DNA of 64,000 bases from Chrysomallon squamiferum. Lineage: Eukaryota; Animalia; Mollusca. The stretch lies in the NCBI GenBank assembly GCA_012295275.1, contig CM022678.1:19344001-19408000 (forward strand), in the 5' to 3' direction. Position 1 is the stretch's first letter; every line of letters starts with the position of its first letter. The position numbers and the translations under genes were made by a program. Below are positions 31,071 through 46,275 of this stretch, piece by piece. The notes below the pieces were generated by a model. The model was not told the DNA's origin. It saw nothing but the letters and a program-made list of their open reading frames with translations, and ran no database searches.

Positions 31071-32926
31071 CTGGTGGTATATATATTTTTTCACTTTTAA
31101 AATCAAAACGCAGGTCATTTTTGAAACAAACACAATACAGCTGTAACTCCTCAAAATAATATAAAAAGAAAAACAAATCCTACTAAAAGCTGTTTAGTAA
31201 ATACTTATTATCTCTCCCGGGTCACTTTTCTGGCTATATTTCATGTATATTTCAATGGACTAATTTCGCACACACGTTTTTGTTCCTGCAGTGTTTTATG
31301 TCGCTTATAGGTGCGATATTTTTGATTCATATAGGCTGATAGAAGTGATTAACATGTAGAATTGTTGATCCTAGTGTTTTTGGATAACAAAATCGAAATA
31401 TGAGTTGTGTATAGGTTAGGTTTACTTCAAGCGAGGGAAACATGTTTTTTTGTTTTTTTGTTTTTTGTTTACATAGTCACAGAGTTCAGAAAGTAGACAT
31501 GATATTTCTAAACGTGTTCGTTGATCCGAATACCTGAACATAGCTTATTTTCCTACCTCCACGAAAATTAGTCAGGTGTCCTGTGACTTTGTGTGATCAC
31601 GTTCGCGAAAATTAATAGATATATCACATTTCTAAATACGTTCATTCATCCAGTTGAAGGAATGTAAACTTTGAAACAAGATCTCGTAAATTGACGGAAA
31701 ACTTGTTTATTTTTTATTTTTTAACAATGGGAAAAGAAAAGAAATAAATTAACTAATAGTTTAGTCATTACTTGTCCATTAAATCGTATCTGTGATTCAC
31801 GAATAGTTAACTGATATATAAGTTATAACTACAAGGAAGTGTAACCTACAAATACACAAGCAGCAAATAACACAACAGAGTAACTAAAAATTAGATTAGA
31901 CAGGAACTGTTCGAGCACATAAATCGATGGGAAGGTTTTTGTAAGCAGTAAGATTTTGATGGCGTAATAAAAGATTAGTATTTCTTTTCTTAATTATTAT
32001 TTTATTTTTAGCATTATTAAATTTAATATTTAGAAGCAGGTCATTTCATTGATTATTCTTTGACCCAACCTATGAAGCTGTGATTCCTCAAATTAGTACT
32101 AGCTGTATTTCTTGCATATTTCAATGACCTGATTCCAAACACTCGTTTCTGTTTCTGTGTTGTTATATTTCAGCTGATAGTTGTGACAATGATAACACCG
32201 AGATTTTTTTTGTTTTAGTTATTTCATTTTTGTATTATTAAATTTGAATGTGGAAGCAGGTCATTTGTTTCATTGTTCTCAGCCCCAAACATTAGACATG
32301 TGTAATTTCTGTAAGTTGTAGAAGAAAACATAATTCTAATAGAAACTGCTTTATAAATATTTTTCACATATACCGGGTCTCTCTTCTCGCTCTATTTCTT
32401 GCATGTTTCAATGACTTAACTTGACACACACGTTTTTGTTTGTGTGTTTTTATGTATCGGCTGACAGCAGTCATACTTCTAACTTATGTACGCTGATAAA
32501 AATAAACAAGAATGTGAAACGTGTGTGATTCCTCAAATTCCTAATGTTATTAGATAAAAGAGTCGAAATATTTGTTTTTTTATGCGGTAGGTCTTATTTT
32601 ATGTTAACGAGACTAAAAGGAACTGTAACGCAAGAAAAAATGTATACAAAGCGATTTCACTCTGTAGACACGATACTTCTAAATATGTTCACTGATTCGC
32701 ATGTTTACTCTGTTTCTCTAATTTCACGAAGATTATTCACTTTCTTTAATCACGTTCATGGAAATTAACAGCTAAATTACGTAGAAAGTAAATAGGTAAA
32801 AATGGCATTAAAATATGTACTTTTATAAATGAATTCATTAAAATCTCCATCTACTCAAACAACCAGAACAAAATTCGCTATAGTATAGTTTATTTCCCAT
32901 AACACCAACCATAAACTTGAAACATT

Positions 32927-33046
32927 TCACAATCCAACCAAATGGGAGACAGAATTAGCGTATTCTGTTGGAGTTATCTGTCCTGTCATGAGGAGCATTT
33001 GCTGTTGGCGTATGTCAGAGTCGAGTTGCTGGTATTTCCTACGTTT
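32927..33046 (-). mobile_element. Possible C-terminal fragment of a MULE/Mutator-type transposase
   Basis: The minus strand reads KRRKYQQLDSDIRQQQMLLMTGQITPTEYANSVSHLVGL*, resembling the K/R-K-Y..LD..I.....G.I...EY...VSHL terminus I recall from invertebrate MULE transposases. It lies in a locally GC-richer island. Confidence 0.45.
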
Positions 33047-36000
33047 ATGTTATCCTGTGTGTAGAGGGTAGGCGGACGGTCTTTCTGGCAACATCGCCTT
33101 GTGAACACTTCCGTTATATCGGCGATTTTTTATTCTAAAATTTACAGCCGAAGTAAATCAAATTGTCACCACCCTGAGAATTTGCCAGTCTGTATGATTT
33201 GTGTTTTGTTCGGCGGGTGCATACCGACGCTGAACAATCATAGGTCACGTGTACAGAGATGTGTACATGTATTACAAGTAAGCTGCAACATATTTAAAAA
33301 CAGGTTTTGACACTGACTACAGCGACTGAAGCGTTTAGCCGTATCACATAATCCAGGTGCGAATAATAGCGACATTGTAGACTGCTTAACAGTGAGTGAT
33401 CACGTGAATATCATAAACCAGCAGGACAAACTGGGACGTCGATAGAAGAAAGACTCTATAACTGGTCGACCTAAGTGAAAAAAAAGAAAAGAAGTAGAAA
33501 TAATAAAAGAGAAAAGGCTTTCTCAAGTTAATATAAGTAAACACAGATACGAATAAAGTAAATTATGAAGATATCTACTAGCGTATTTCATTTCATTTGA
33601 GAATAAAATATATTTAGAATTTTAATACCGCCTGGCATATACTTACAAATAAATAAAGGTGTACATTGTACATGTATCCTTTAATGTAAATAAGACTAAT
33701 TTTTATTTTCGAATTTAACTAGTGACAGAGTCAGTGCTACGTCTGGACATACCCGAACCTAAACAGTTAAAGTCTTGGAAGCCATAGCTTCCGTGAAAAT
33801 GACATCTCGATAACAGAAACCACTTCATACAGAAAGACGAGTAGAGTTTAAAAAGAAAGTAGAAAGTTGTCGGTTACCTAACATTGATGGTTTGATCTGA
33901 AGTAAGCAACATGAAGCGAGAACGTTCAAGTTTGGTTTAAAAATTCAAATTCGCTCATGTACTATATTCTTAACTAATAGTTTACTCATTATTGGTCCAT
34001 TAAACCATATCGATGATTCACGAACAGTTAGCTGATTTATACGTAACAACTACCTACAAGGAAGTGTAATATGGAAATACCCAAGAAACAAATAACATAA
34101 AAATTTAACTGAACATTCAACCTTATCTCAGAAACATGTAAATCTATGAGAAGTTTTTGTAACCAGTAAAATTGTGATATCCTTATACAAATTTGTATTA
34201 TACAAAGGGAAAAAATGGCTTTTTTCTTCTTTTTTATTTTCTCTTTTGTTTTTAAATTACTTTTTTAATTTATATTTAATTTACTTAAACATTTTGAAGC
34301 AGGCCTTTTTGTTTATTATTCTCTGGCCTAAACATTACACAGCTGTGATTACTCAAATTTATACAAATAGAAATAGAAAACTTTGCCACTACAAACTGCT
34401 TTATAAATATCCCTTACATCTTATTAGTCTCTTGCACATTTCTTGCACATTTCAACGTGCTAATTTCACACACTCGTTTCTCTTTCTGTATGGTTATATA
34501 TCGGCTCATAGTTGTGATACTTTTAATTCATACAGGCTGATCAAAGCCAATAGCTTGAAGAATATTTGAGAGTCCTACTGTTCTTAGATTAAAAAGTAGA
34601 AATGTAGGTTAGGATTATTTCATGCGAGCGAAACTGACGTGAACTATGAAAATCGAATAATTTGATTTTGTTTTAGTTATTATTACCCTTCTGCTTATCC
34701 TCATCGTATTTTTGTTATTATTATTAATATTATTGTTGTTGTTGTAGATGTTGTTGTTGTTGTTGTTATTATTTTTTGGAAACCGTTTTCGCACAGTAAA
34801 CGTGGTATTTTTGAATGTGTTCGTTGAACCGAATATTTGCCCTACATCTCTAATTCCACGAAAATTAGTCACGAGTACTTTCATTTTTTTAAATCAGTAT
34901 CGCGAAAATTTGTAGCTAAATTATGTAAATATAGAAAGTTAGCTTTATTTTTTAGTATTTAATTTTACATTTGTATATGCGTTGATTAATTCAGTATTTA
35001 GTTACTCAAACAAAATAAATTCGCTGGACAAATGTTCATCTTATTTTTTCTAATTCCACGAAACTTACTAATTCGTCTTTTCAATTTGCTTAGTCACGTT
35101 CGCTAAATTGCTAAATTTCGTACAAAATAATATTTAAGTTTGTATAAAAATATACATCAGTTTCACGAATTGCCTTTTGACATATAAGAGTTATTACTAG
35201 AAAGAATTATAATAAAAGTAACACAAAGAGTTAAATAAAAATTCAGCATAGCTCAGAAAATACCGCGTCTCTTAAATGGACGGGAATTATTTTTTGAATC
35301 ACTAATATAAGTTTGGTTTAAGATATGTTAATTCGATTATATCTTTAATATTTAACTAATAGTTTATACATTGAATTATATATATGATTAACGAAGAATT
35401 TATTGAGATATATATATAAGAGCGACAACTACACGGAAGTAAAATTACGTAACACATGGAAAAAACAACACAAGAAATTAAATTAAATTCAGTTTGTTCT
35501 CAGAAGCGGTAAGATTACGTAAATCGGTCAGAAAGCTTTTTGGAAACAGTCAGATTTTGGTGACCTAATAAAAATTAATATTTACATCAAGGCAAGACGT
35601 ACATTTTCTTCGTTACTTTTTTTTATTAATTATTTTCTGTTTGTATTATTAAAGTTAAAATATAGACGCATGTCATTTCTTGGATAATTCTCTGACTCAA
35701 ACACTACACAGCTCTGAATACTCGAAACAGTACAAATACAAAAAGAAAATATCCCACTACAAACTGCTTTACAAATATTTATTACATGTTAATGGACTCT
35801 TTACTCGATTTACTTGTTGCGTTTTTCACTGACCTAATTTCACACACCCGTGACTATTTCTGTATTGTTATATATCGGCTGATATTCAAATAGGTGACTC
35901 ATGTCAGCTGACACAGGTGAATAAGAACGTAGAACTGCTGGGCCTGTTATTGTTAACAGATCAAAATTACAAAAATGAGATATGTATAGATTAGAACATA

Positions 36001-36779
36001 TTTCATATTACTGAAAAAAAAAGTAAACTATTAGAAATGAACATTATTATTATTATTATTATTGATATTATTACTATTATTATTGATTATTATTCACTAC
36101 AATGAAAGTTCAGTCAGTGTGTTTTTCCGATGAAATACTTTACTGTCCATTAAAATAAAGCTATAATTCACGAACAGTTTATTGACTATTAAGAGGTATA
36201 CACTACAAGGAAGTGTAATACACAAACACACCAGAAAGAAACTACTCGTAAATCCATGTAAATGTTTTGGGAACCAGGAAGATTTGGGTGGCATAATACA
36301 ATTAGTATTTAGATAAGGGTTAGGCGAAACATTTATTTTTTGCTTTTTACTTTATTTCTTTTTAAGCATTTTATTCTGTGACCCAAGCATAGACAGTGAC
36401 AATTGCTCAACATTACAGAAAAAAGAGAAAATACAACTACAAACTAATCTATAAATAACTATTACTTCTCCCCGGTGTTCATACTCGCTATGTTTCTTAC
36501 ATATTTCAGTGACCTAGATTTAAACACCCGTTTCTGTTTCTGTATTATCATATATTTCTTTGTTTCTTTATTTATTTATTTCTTTTTTATTATAATATTT
36601 TAAAAAAAGATGTTTTAATTTCTTTCTCTTTCGGTTTTTTTCTTCGGTTTTTTTATGTATTTATTTTTCATTTATTACTAGGATTTATTTTTATCCACGG
36701 CTTTTTAAATGTATGACGTTAAATACAGCTATAAGAAATAGAATATTACTAAAACATTTTATTACATACCTTTAGGAAA

Positions 36780-37026
36780 ATGACTACGAGAAAAGAGCAA
36801 AGTACAACATCGATAGAAATGGATTTTGCCAGGATAAATATTGGTGGTGAGAAATATTAATCAGGATCTGTATTATGAAGCTTTAAACATTGATGTTACC
36901 TTATTCTGGTTACTTTTATTAAAACTTTGTTATCTCTTTCACATTATATATATATATATATATATACATACATAGAGATATCTACATAAAAACTTTAACA
37001 AACACCCCTATACACACACACACCTA

Positions 37027-37111
<85 letters not shown>

Positions 37112-39333
37112 CGGTAAAAACAATATATTATCATTACTCCTCGTCAGTTTAATAAAAAAAAATAAAACATCAAACATATTTTTAGAAAATACTTTTTCCA
37201 GCTACGGATGAGGACATTTCCTTCGAACATAGACTGGAATCGTTTCCTCACTCCTTTCATGTCACAGATCTCATGTTCTACTCAAAACAGCGCAGAGAAG
37301 AATTCCTTAAAAAATTGGAACAACCGGAAGAAGACATACCTTCTTCAGTGGAAAGTCATCCAAATGAAAAGACACACACAACTCGTCACGACAATTTTAT
37401 TTCGTTCTTGCTTTTTTTGCTAGGAGATCGACACAAGGCAATCGGGATAAATTTAAAAGTCCGTGATCGTGACCCTACTAACATTGTAGCACGGGCAAAT
37501 CGTGTGCGATTTCTGCTAAAACAGGATAAGCGTTCTGCTGAATCAGAATTAGAGGAATTGGAAAACTTGGAGGGAGACCTGGACAGAATGCGTGCTATAG
37601 CTGAAGCTGAACTTGCTTATTGCTACACTCGACTGTCACCAGCTTCTTATCGAAAGGCTCTGGAGCTGTACAGAACATTAAATGAGAAATGTCCAGACGA
37701 ATTCGAGTGGAAATATCGAGAGGGTCTCACACTTAGACGATCTCTGTCCTTTCACAGCTATTCATTTCTGCCAGGTGTCGATGTGGTTGAATACGCTGTT
37801 AGATGCTATAAATTGCTACAGGATGTGGGCAATAAGGGTCCAGAACCATTTAATGCTATGGCATATGCCGAGCTTGGGGAATTAGCGAAACGGCTTGAAT
37901 TCGGATGGACGCCATTTGAAGATAAAAAGTTGGTAGAAGAGGTGCACCAAAAAACTGGACTGCTTTCGAGTGAGAAATATTTCGAGAAAGCTCTTGATTT
38001 AGGCAAAGACGACGCTTTTATACTTGTAAGGTGCGCTAACCATTTTCTAAACACACAGCAACTGGATGAGGCTGAGAGAATATTAGAACAGTCAGTTAGT
38101 CGTAGGCGAACAACGAAAGCTCTTCATCAGCTGGGAAAGGTTCTCCTGAAAAAAGCGAGAAAACAAAATAACCCGGAAACATTAGATCGTGCTATTGACT
38201 GTCTAAAGGAGGCGGTTCGAATAAGCGAAAATTATGCTGCAGTATTAGACTTGGCTTTAGCTTATATGAGTAAACAAGGCTATGAAGATGCAGAACATCA
38301 CTTCAAAATCATGACAGAAACAGCTGACATTTATACCGACCCATTCACAGAAATTACCGCATTGAAAAATATGAGTTTTATCTATTTTGAAAAAAGTAAA
38401 AATTGGAGACTTTCTCCTGAGGAACAGGCTCGGCTGCAGAAAGAAGATATGAATTACAAAATTCTTGCTCTAGAAGCTTCTGCAACAGAAGTGCTGTACA
38501 AATATCGAATTCATTTTAGAACAGTGACAGATTTGCTGAAGCAAACGGGTGGAGTAGAAATACCGTGGCAAGTTAAAAATGTATACTGCATGATCCGTGA
38601 ATTCGCCCGTTCTCTTCCAATTTATGAGAAGATTCAAACGCGAAATCTGGGACCACAAGACTGGATTGGAATTACAGAGGAATATCTCAACCAAGAAAAA
38701 TACGAAAATGCTAGACTCTATGTCAGTCTGCTGATGGGTACGCAACAAGCTGATCACGTTCCTTCTTCTCTCGTCAATCGAGTTTACTTGAAAACAGCAC
38801 AGCAGATCTTATCAAGAGGCGAGTCACCGGGTAGAGCTTGGTCTTGTTTCAGAAGGATGTTTACATTCTATTACAAAACGAAGAAAGAAGATGAAATAAA
38901 TGGTGCTGACGTCATGATTCTCCATGACAAAGACGACTGGAAAATATCTCAGATTTCCATAAAAATTCAGGAAATTCTGCTAAATTATACCGGTCTGAAA
39001 GTCACAAGAAATGGTGAACTTGTCTTTGAAGGAATGAATGAAATCTCTTTCTACGAACAACTGATGCCTCTTATTCGATGCATTGTTGTAGTTGTTAATT
39101 CGGATACCCCAAACACACACTGGAAACAGGTCATTAATTTGGCAATAGCAACTGCTACGAAGAATGATAAGATGATGATTGTATGCTTGAAAGCAGGAGA
39201 GACTCATAGTGTCACTGAACTGAATGATTTCAAAACAGGAAAAACTCCACCAGAAGAAGCAGACGACAAAACTGCAGTGGACTGGCTGCTGGAAACTTTT
39301 CCACTTCTTGTTAATTCTGACGTCAATTTGTAA
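36780..39333 (+). CDS. Intact TPR(IFIT/TTC22-like)-TIR-like protein, copy 4, 732 aa; exons 36780-36846 and 37202-39333
   Basis: MTTRKEQSTTSIEMDFARINIG plus a phase-1 intron (G|GTGAGA ... tttccag|CT) joins in frame to ORF 37273-39333; 67+2132=2199 nt. TPR-like helix pairs include AELAYCY...KALELYR, EKYFEKALDLGKD...LDEAERILEQSV, ALHQLGKVLL...AIDCLKEAV and LDLALAYMSKQGYEDAE. The TIR-like C-terminus reads ADVMILHDKDD...GLKV...IRCIVVVVNSD...HWKQVINLA...MMIVCL. Confidence 0.9.
37032..37109. repeat. (GA)n microsatellite in the coding intron; sisters at 20155-20215, 44752-44885 and 48509-48615
   Basis: Direct reading; it is reduced to gagagaga at ~1723 in copy 1. Confidence 0.95.
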
Positions 39334-39440
39334 ATTTGAAAATTTACAAATGCTAAGTACAAATTGAAATGAACTGCATGAATTGTAAACCAGAATAATA
39401 ACAATCATGTTAATGATGATGATGATAATGATACTACTAT

Positions 39441-39478
<38 letters not shown>

Positions 39479-39870
39479 ATAATAATAATAATAATAATAA
39501 CCACTTGAAGGTAAACAACAACAGGAACAAAAAAATTATACCACTAATTACAATTATATTAGGATTCCTTCTTAAAAAGTTCTAGGACTGGAAATTATTT
39601 CCGTTACTGAAGAACAAGATAGTAAATGGATGTTACATGTATATCTATATGTATAGCGTAGAAGAGAAACATATACAGGATGTACAGACGGTGTGCAGTT
39701 ATTTTAACGTTGTTTAATAACTTTGTGCTTGAAATGAAATTTGTGTAATCTAAAGACTCAAAAGGACGATAATAGTAGAATCATAATAATAGCACAGCTT
39801 TCCTAAAATTTAATATAATATAAAATAATATATATTACGTGTCTATCTCTGTATAAAGTAATTATACTTG

Positions 39871-39920
39871 AATAAAATGCTGCTTTAGAGTATCCTTGTC
39901 TGTTTTTATTGTTTTGTGTG
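39871..39920 (+). terminator. Candidate polyadenylation signal of copy 4 (AATAAA + GT-rich downstream element)
   Basis: AATAAAatgct...tgtttttattgttttgtgt is conserved ~540-640 nt behind copies 2, 3, 4, 5 and 7 (AATAAA at 11436, 23087, 39871, 43469, 51473). Confidence 0.6.
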
Positions 39921-40129
39921 TAATTGTGCCTCCAGGTCAGCGAATTGTGTTAGTGATAAAATCTTTGTATGTGAATAATTTTGGGTAATTTTGTAATTTA
40001 GAGTTGGAAGTGTAAGCTGTTTTAATTCATCCTCATTTTACATAAAGAGCTTTGTGTGAAGTTTCTCTTATCAGGTGAATGTCTACACCGACCTTTTGAC
40101 CTTTTCATCTTAGTGTCTATAATAATAAC

Positions 40130-40161
<32 letters not shown>

Positions 40162-40757
40162 TATAATTGTAATTGTAATGATAAAACGAAAAAGAAATAG
40201 AACAACAATAAAAGTGACATCAGGTATGAGAATAACAATAACAAGAACCGTAAACTGTGGCACTGTTGCTACTGCTACTATTACTACTACTACGTCATTG
40301 ATAATAACAACAACAAGAACAATAATGAGGTAATGAATATAATTTAAATTTGAAAATTTATTTTTTTCGTATTTAAATGCGTTTCTATTTGAAAATATAG
40401 AATCAATATGTAGGACTAAAACACTACTACTACTACTAGTTTTTATCCTATCACTGCTGCTGTTATTAACAGTTCTACAACTATTTCTGCCACAACTACT
40501 GATGATAAATAAAAATTAGCAGTATCCTGATTTGTTAAGGAATAACAATCCAGTTTACTTTCAAATTCTGATGATCTGAAAAAAATAAATAAATTATATA
40601 ATGAACGAATCTAAGTATCAGTAGTACTAATGCGATTTATCAACAATAAATAAATATTAGATAGATGGATGTAGATCGTCTAATAAACAGAGAGACGTAG
40701 ACAAGTTGGTTTTATTGTCTTTTGTCATCGTTAAACAAAACCACATAAAAATAAGCT

Positions 40758-40868
<111 letters not shown>

Positions 40869-40989
40869 CGCAAAAATACGTATTCAGAAACATATACGCC
40901 ACAGAGAGACAAATCAACACAAGCGTAATTCATATTTCTTTAATACGCTTACACACTTTTTCCACTTTTCTTTTGCATTTTGGTTGTTA

Positions 40990-42828
40990 CGTGTGCGTTT
41001 TCTGTTAAAACAGGATAAGCGTTCTGCTGAATCAGAATTAATCGAACTGGAAAACCTGAAGGGAGACTTTGACAGAATGCGTGCTGTAGCTGAAGCTGAA
41101 CTTGCGTATTGCTATTTTGAACTAACAACAGCTTCTTATCCAAAGGCTCTAAAGCTGTACAGAAAAGTAAACGAGAAATATGCAGACGAATACGAGTGGA
41201 AATTTAAAGAGGGTATTACACTTAGACGATCTCTGTCAGTTCAAAGCTATTCAATTCAGTCAGATGTGGATGTCCTTGAATTCGCTGTTAGATGCTGTAA
41301 ACTGCTACAAGAAGTCAGCAGTAAAGGTACGGAACTACAGAATGCCACGGCGTATGTCGAAGTCGGGGAATTAGCGATGCGACTTGAATTTAGATGGACT
41401 CCATTTGAAGACAGAAAGCTCGTAAAAGCGGTGCAACAAGAAACTGAGCTGCTTTCGCGTGAGGAATATTTTAAGAAAGCTCTTGAATTAAGGAAGACTA
41501 ACTATTTTGTACTTGGAAGGTGCGGTAAGCATTTACTAAGCACAAATCAACTGGATGAGGCTGAAAGAATGCTACAGACATCAGCCGGACTTTTACCGAC
41601 AGGGTATACTCTTCATCAGCTGGGTAAGGTTCTGCTTAAACAGAAAAACAAGAGCAACGCATTTGAAAGTGCGATTGAGAAGCTAAAAGAGGCAACTGAA
41701 ATTATTTTCGGAGAAAATCATCCTGCAGCTTTTAGTTTGGCTTCAGCTTACATGAGTAAAAAACGATACAACGATGCTGAACTGGTCTTAAGAAATATAA
41801 TAGAAACAGCTGACATTGGTTCCAATCCGTTCACAGAAATTACAGCAATGAAAAATATGAGTTTTATCTATTTTGAAAAAAGCCAAAATTGGAGACTATC
41901 TTCAGATGAACAGGCTCGGCTGAGGAATGAAGAAATAAACTACAAAATTCTTGCTGTAGAAGCATCTGCTTCAGAAGTGCTGTACAAATATCGCACTCAT
42001 TTTAGAACGGTAACTGATTTGCTGAAGCAAACGAAAGGTCCACGTGGGAAAGAAATACCGTGGCAAGTTAAAGATGTTTACTGTATGATTAGTGAATTCC
42101 CACCTTCCCTTCCGATTTATGAGAAGATTCAAAACCGAAATCTGAGATCACAAGACTGGATTGCAGTTACAGAGGAATACCTTAATCAACAAGAATACGA
42201 AAATGCCAGACTGTGTGTAAGTCTGCTGATGGGTACGCAACAAGCTGATTATATTCATTTTCCGCTCGTCAGTCGAATTTATCTGAAAACAGCAGAGCAC
42301 ATGTTATCAAGAGGCCAGTCGCCGAGTAAAGCTTGGCCTTGTTTGAGAAGGATTTTTACGTTCTATTACAAAACGAAGAAAGAAGATGAAATAAACGGTG
42401 CTGATATCATGATTCTGCATGACAAAGACGACGGGGAAATATCTCAGATTTCAGTGAAGATTCAAAAAATTCTAGAAAACTATACAGGTCTAAAAATCAC
42501 AAGAAATGATGAACTTGCCTTTGAAGGAATGGATGATATCTCTTTCTACGAACAACTGATGCCTCTTATTCGATGCATTGTTGTAGTTGTTCATTCGGAT
42601 ACCCCAAAGGCACACTGGAAACAGGTTATTGATTTGGCGATAGCAACTGCTACGAAGAAGGAGAAGATGATGATTGTGTGCTTGATATCAGGAGAGACTC
42701 ACCAAGTCACTGAACTGAATGATTTCAAAACAGGAAAAACTCCACCAGACGAAGCAGACGACAAAGCTGCAGTGGACTGGCTGCTGGATACTTTTCCACT
42801 TCTTGTTAATGCTGACGTCAATTTGTAG
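40990..42828 (+). pseudogene. TPR-TIR-like gene, copy 5, 5'-truncated but with an uninterrupted frame
   Basis: Homology starts abruptly at cgtgtgcgttttctg (RVRFLL), fused to the 3'-flank module also seen at 52490-52600. The ATG exon, the acceptor and about the first 120 codons are missing. The first in-frame ATG is at 41077 (MRAVAEAE). Confidence 0.75.
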
Positions 42829-42850
42829 ATTGTTCGACTTTATTAATGAA

Positions 42851-42918
<68 letters not shown>

Positions 42919-43289
42919 CAACAACAATAATAATAGTCACATGAAGATGATCGGCAACAAAAACAATTATGCTAATAAATGTATTTATATTACGATTCCT
43001 TCTCCAAAATGCTTGGACTGGAAATGTTTTCGAGTACTGAATTTTTCAGTTTTAAGAATATGAAACGAAGGTAGGAAAATACGGTGTCTTTCTGAAATCT
43101 AAATCTTTTGTTAGATCGTACAGGTATATATAGCTTAAAAATTAAATCTACGTATACAGGTTGTACAGACGGTCTACACTTATTTTAATATATTTTTCAA
43201 TAACTTTATGGTTGAAATGAAATTTGTGTAATCTAAATTGTAATACAAGAATCATGGCTTATTTGTAATATAATATAGAATCTATAATA

Positions 43290-43412
43290 GAAAATAATAT
43301 AATATAATATAATATAATATTATATAACATAATATAATACAATATAATATAATATAATATAATATAATATAATATAATATAATATAATATAATATAATAT
43401 AATATAATATAT
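43290..43412. repeat. (ATAAT)n pentanucleotide repeat in the 3' UTR; sisters at ~4432, ~11331 and 22956-23022
   Basis: Direct reading. Confidence 0.9.
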
Positions 43413-43709
43413 GTTTTTGTGTATTTGTGTGTCTATATATATATATATATGCAAAGTAATTATGCTTGAATAAAATGCTGATTTAGAGAATCCTTTTCTG
43501 TTTTTATTGTTTTGTGTGTAATTGTGCCTCCAGGTCAGTGAATTGTGTGAATGACAAACTCTTTGTATGCGTATAGTTGTTGGTAGTTTTGTAATTTAGA
43601 GTTGGAAGAGTTAGAAGTCTTATTTTTATGTAAAGAGCTTTGTGTGAGGTTACTGTCATCATGTGAAATGTCTACACCAACCTTTTGACCTTTTGAGCTT
43701 CAAGTGTTT

Positions 43710-43767
<58 letters not shown>

Positions 43768-43984
43768 GTAATAATAGCAATAATAATATAACGAACGAGA
43801 AATAGAAAACAACAACAATAAAATTGACAGCAACAAGGACAAGAACGGCAACAAGAACAATAAAATCTGAGACAGTTACTACCATTATATACTGGAATGA
43901 ACAAAGGAAGAATAATAAGGTGGAAATGCATTTAATTTAAAGCTTTTTTCATATTTAAATTTCTTTCTAAATAATAATTATAAC

Positions 43985-44015
<31 letters not shown>

Positions 44016-44560
44016 GCATTAACAATAACAATAACAATAACAACAAAATTAAAATATATTATTAAAGAAATATAAAACTTAAGAAAAAACTAATAATAGA
44101 AATAGAAATATCTCACGATCAGACTGATCTGGAAAAACCCAGTATTTTATTGTTTTAGCAATTTGATTATAAAATGTGCGGGCATGATAACCTAAGAAGC
44201 AAGTACATATTATAAGGAGGTGTTGTCGTGAATGTGTTTATACTGTTGTCAGGAGACGAGGTCATACACACCTTATATAGATTGTTTATCTACTCTTACT
44301 GTGTTGACTGTTCTAATTTCAATAAGGAAAGAAGACACCAGATTTATATTTAAGTGCGCTATGTTTACGTCACGTAGGCTGATAAATGTAAAGAAGGGTA
44401 CGGAGCTGTTGAGAATATCTGGATACAAACTATACAAACTTTATTTATTTATTTATTTATTATTCATTTTTGTTAGTGGAAAAACATATATATCCTTTTC
44501 TTCTTATTAATTTTTATATTTTTATTTTTTATAAATGGCTTTTGCAAACGTAAGGTTTCA

Positions 44561-44626
<66 letters not shown>

Positions 44627-44746
44627 AAGAAGAAGAAGAAGAAGAAGAAGAAGAAAAAATAATGACTCAGAGCAGACAGATTTTTGTTAGGCCTAGAGAA
44701 ATGTACAATTGAGCCATAACATAGAAACTGAGATCACATTTATATA

Positions 44747-44888
<142 letters not shown>

Positions 44889-44896
44889 CTTTATGT

Positions 44897-45294
44897 ACAT
44901 TGTAGCTCGTGCAAACAGTGTGGGTTTTCTGCAGAAAGAGGACGACCGTTCTGCTGAATCAGAATTAATCGAACTGGAAAACCTGGAGGGAGAACTTGAC
45001 AGAATGCGTGCTGTAGCTGAAGCTGAACTTGCTTACTGCTACGATAAATTATCAACGGCTTCTTATCCAAAGGCTCTCGAGCTGCACAGAAAAGTAAATG
45101 AAAAATATCCAGAAGAACACTACTGAAAATTTGAAGAAGGTCTAACAGTTAGACGATCTCTGTCCCTTCAAAGCTATTCGTTTCAGTCACGTACCGATAT
45201 CGTTGAATTCGCTGTTAGATGCTAAGAACTGCTACAGGAAGTCGGCAGTAAGGGACCAGAACCATTAAATACCATCGCTCATTCCGGGCTTGGG
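44897..45294 (+). pseudogene. TPR-TIR-like gene, copy 6, internal ~400-bp fragment
   Basis: Reads IVARANSVGFLQKEDDRSAESELIELENLEGELDRMRAVAEAELAYCY, with stops at 45124 (TGG>TGA) and ~45224. It begins just after a (GA)n tract. Confidence 0.9.
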
Positions 45295-46206
45295 TCATTC
45301 TTATGTAATTTTATATCGTATCATTTAACTGAGCGATAGTGATTGGCAGAAATTGCAGCACTAACATTTAGTAAAAAGAATAAATAAATAATAATAATAA
45401 TAATATAATAAAATAAAATAAATAAACAAGCAAACAAAAAAACACAAAAAAACAAAAATCAGTTAGGTGATCGTAGATTCTAAATAGACTGCCTAACCAA
45501 TCAGACACGACTATTTTCCATGGTGATCACGTGACAACGATAATGCAGCAGCCTGGTCACTTGACTCCATAAAAACAAGACTGGCCGGCCTCAGTGAAAA
45601 CAAAGGAAGTAAGACTTTATCAAGTTAAATAAGTAAACATATTTAGAATTTTAATACCCGTGCGACATATACTGGCAAATAAACAAAGGTGTACATTGTA
45701 CGTGCATCGTTCAATTTGGATTCGTCTGGAATTTAACTTGTGGGAGAATCAGTGCTACATTTAGACGTATCTGGACCTAAGCAGTTAAAGTCTTGAAAGT
45801 CATCGTTGATGTGAAATTAAATACATCTTGATAACGATAACACTTGTTACGGAGAGATGGGTGGACCTTTAGTTTGGATTCAATAAAAAAACAAACACAA
45901 AAAAACTTTCAGTTTATACAAGTACACAGCAACATCCAGTGTTTATCTTATTCTTTTCCTAACTGCACAAAAATTAGTCATATGTACTTTCAGTTTGTTT
46001 TATCACGTTCGCGAAACAGCTAAATCTAATAAGCATATAAAGTTACCATTAAACTATAAATGTACATGGTCAGTGCATTGATATGCACTATTATAGAAAT
46101 GTTCAAACGAAAAAACACATTCAAAATTATGCTTGGGATATAAAAAAGAAATTTACAAAATTGGATCCTAACGTTTGTTGAAACCAGTACAAATTGGATG
46201 GCATTA

Positions 46207-46275
<69 letters not shown>

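Noticed and set aside
36780-39333. Assigning the symbol IFIT or TTC22, or a bacterial TIR-TPR defence origin
   Set aside because: Similarity is motif-level only and orthology needs a phylogeny; the spliceosomal introns and genomic context are eukaryotic.
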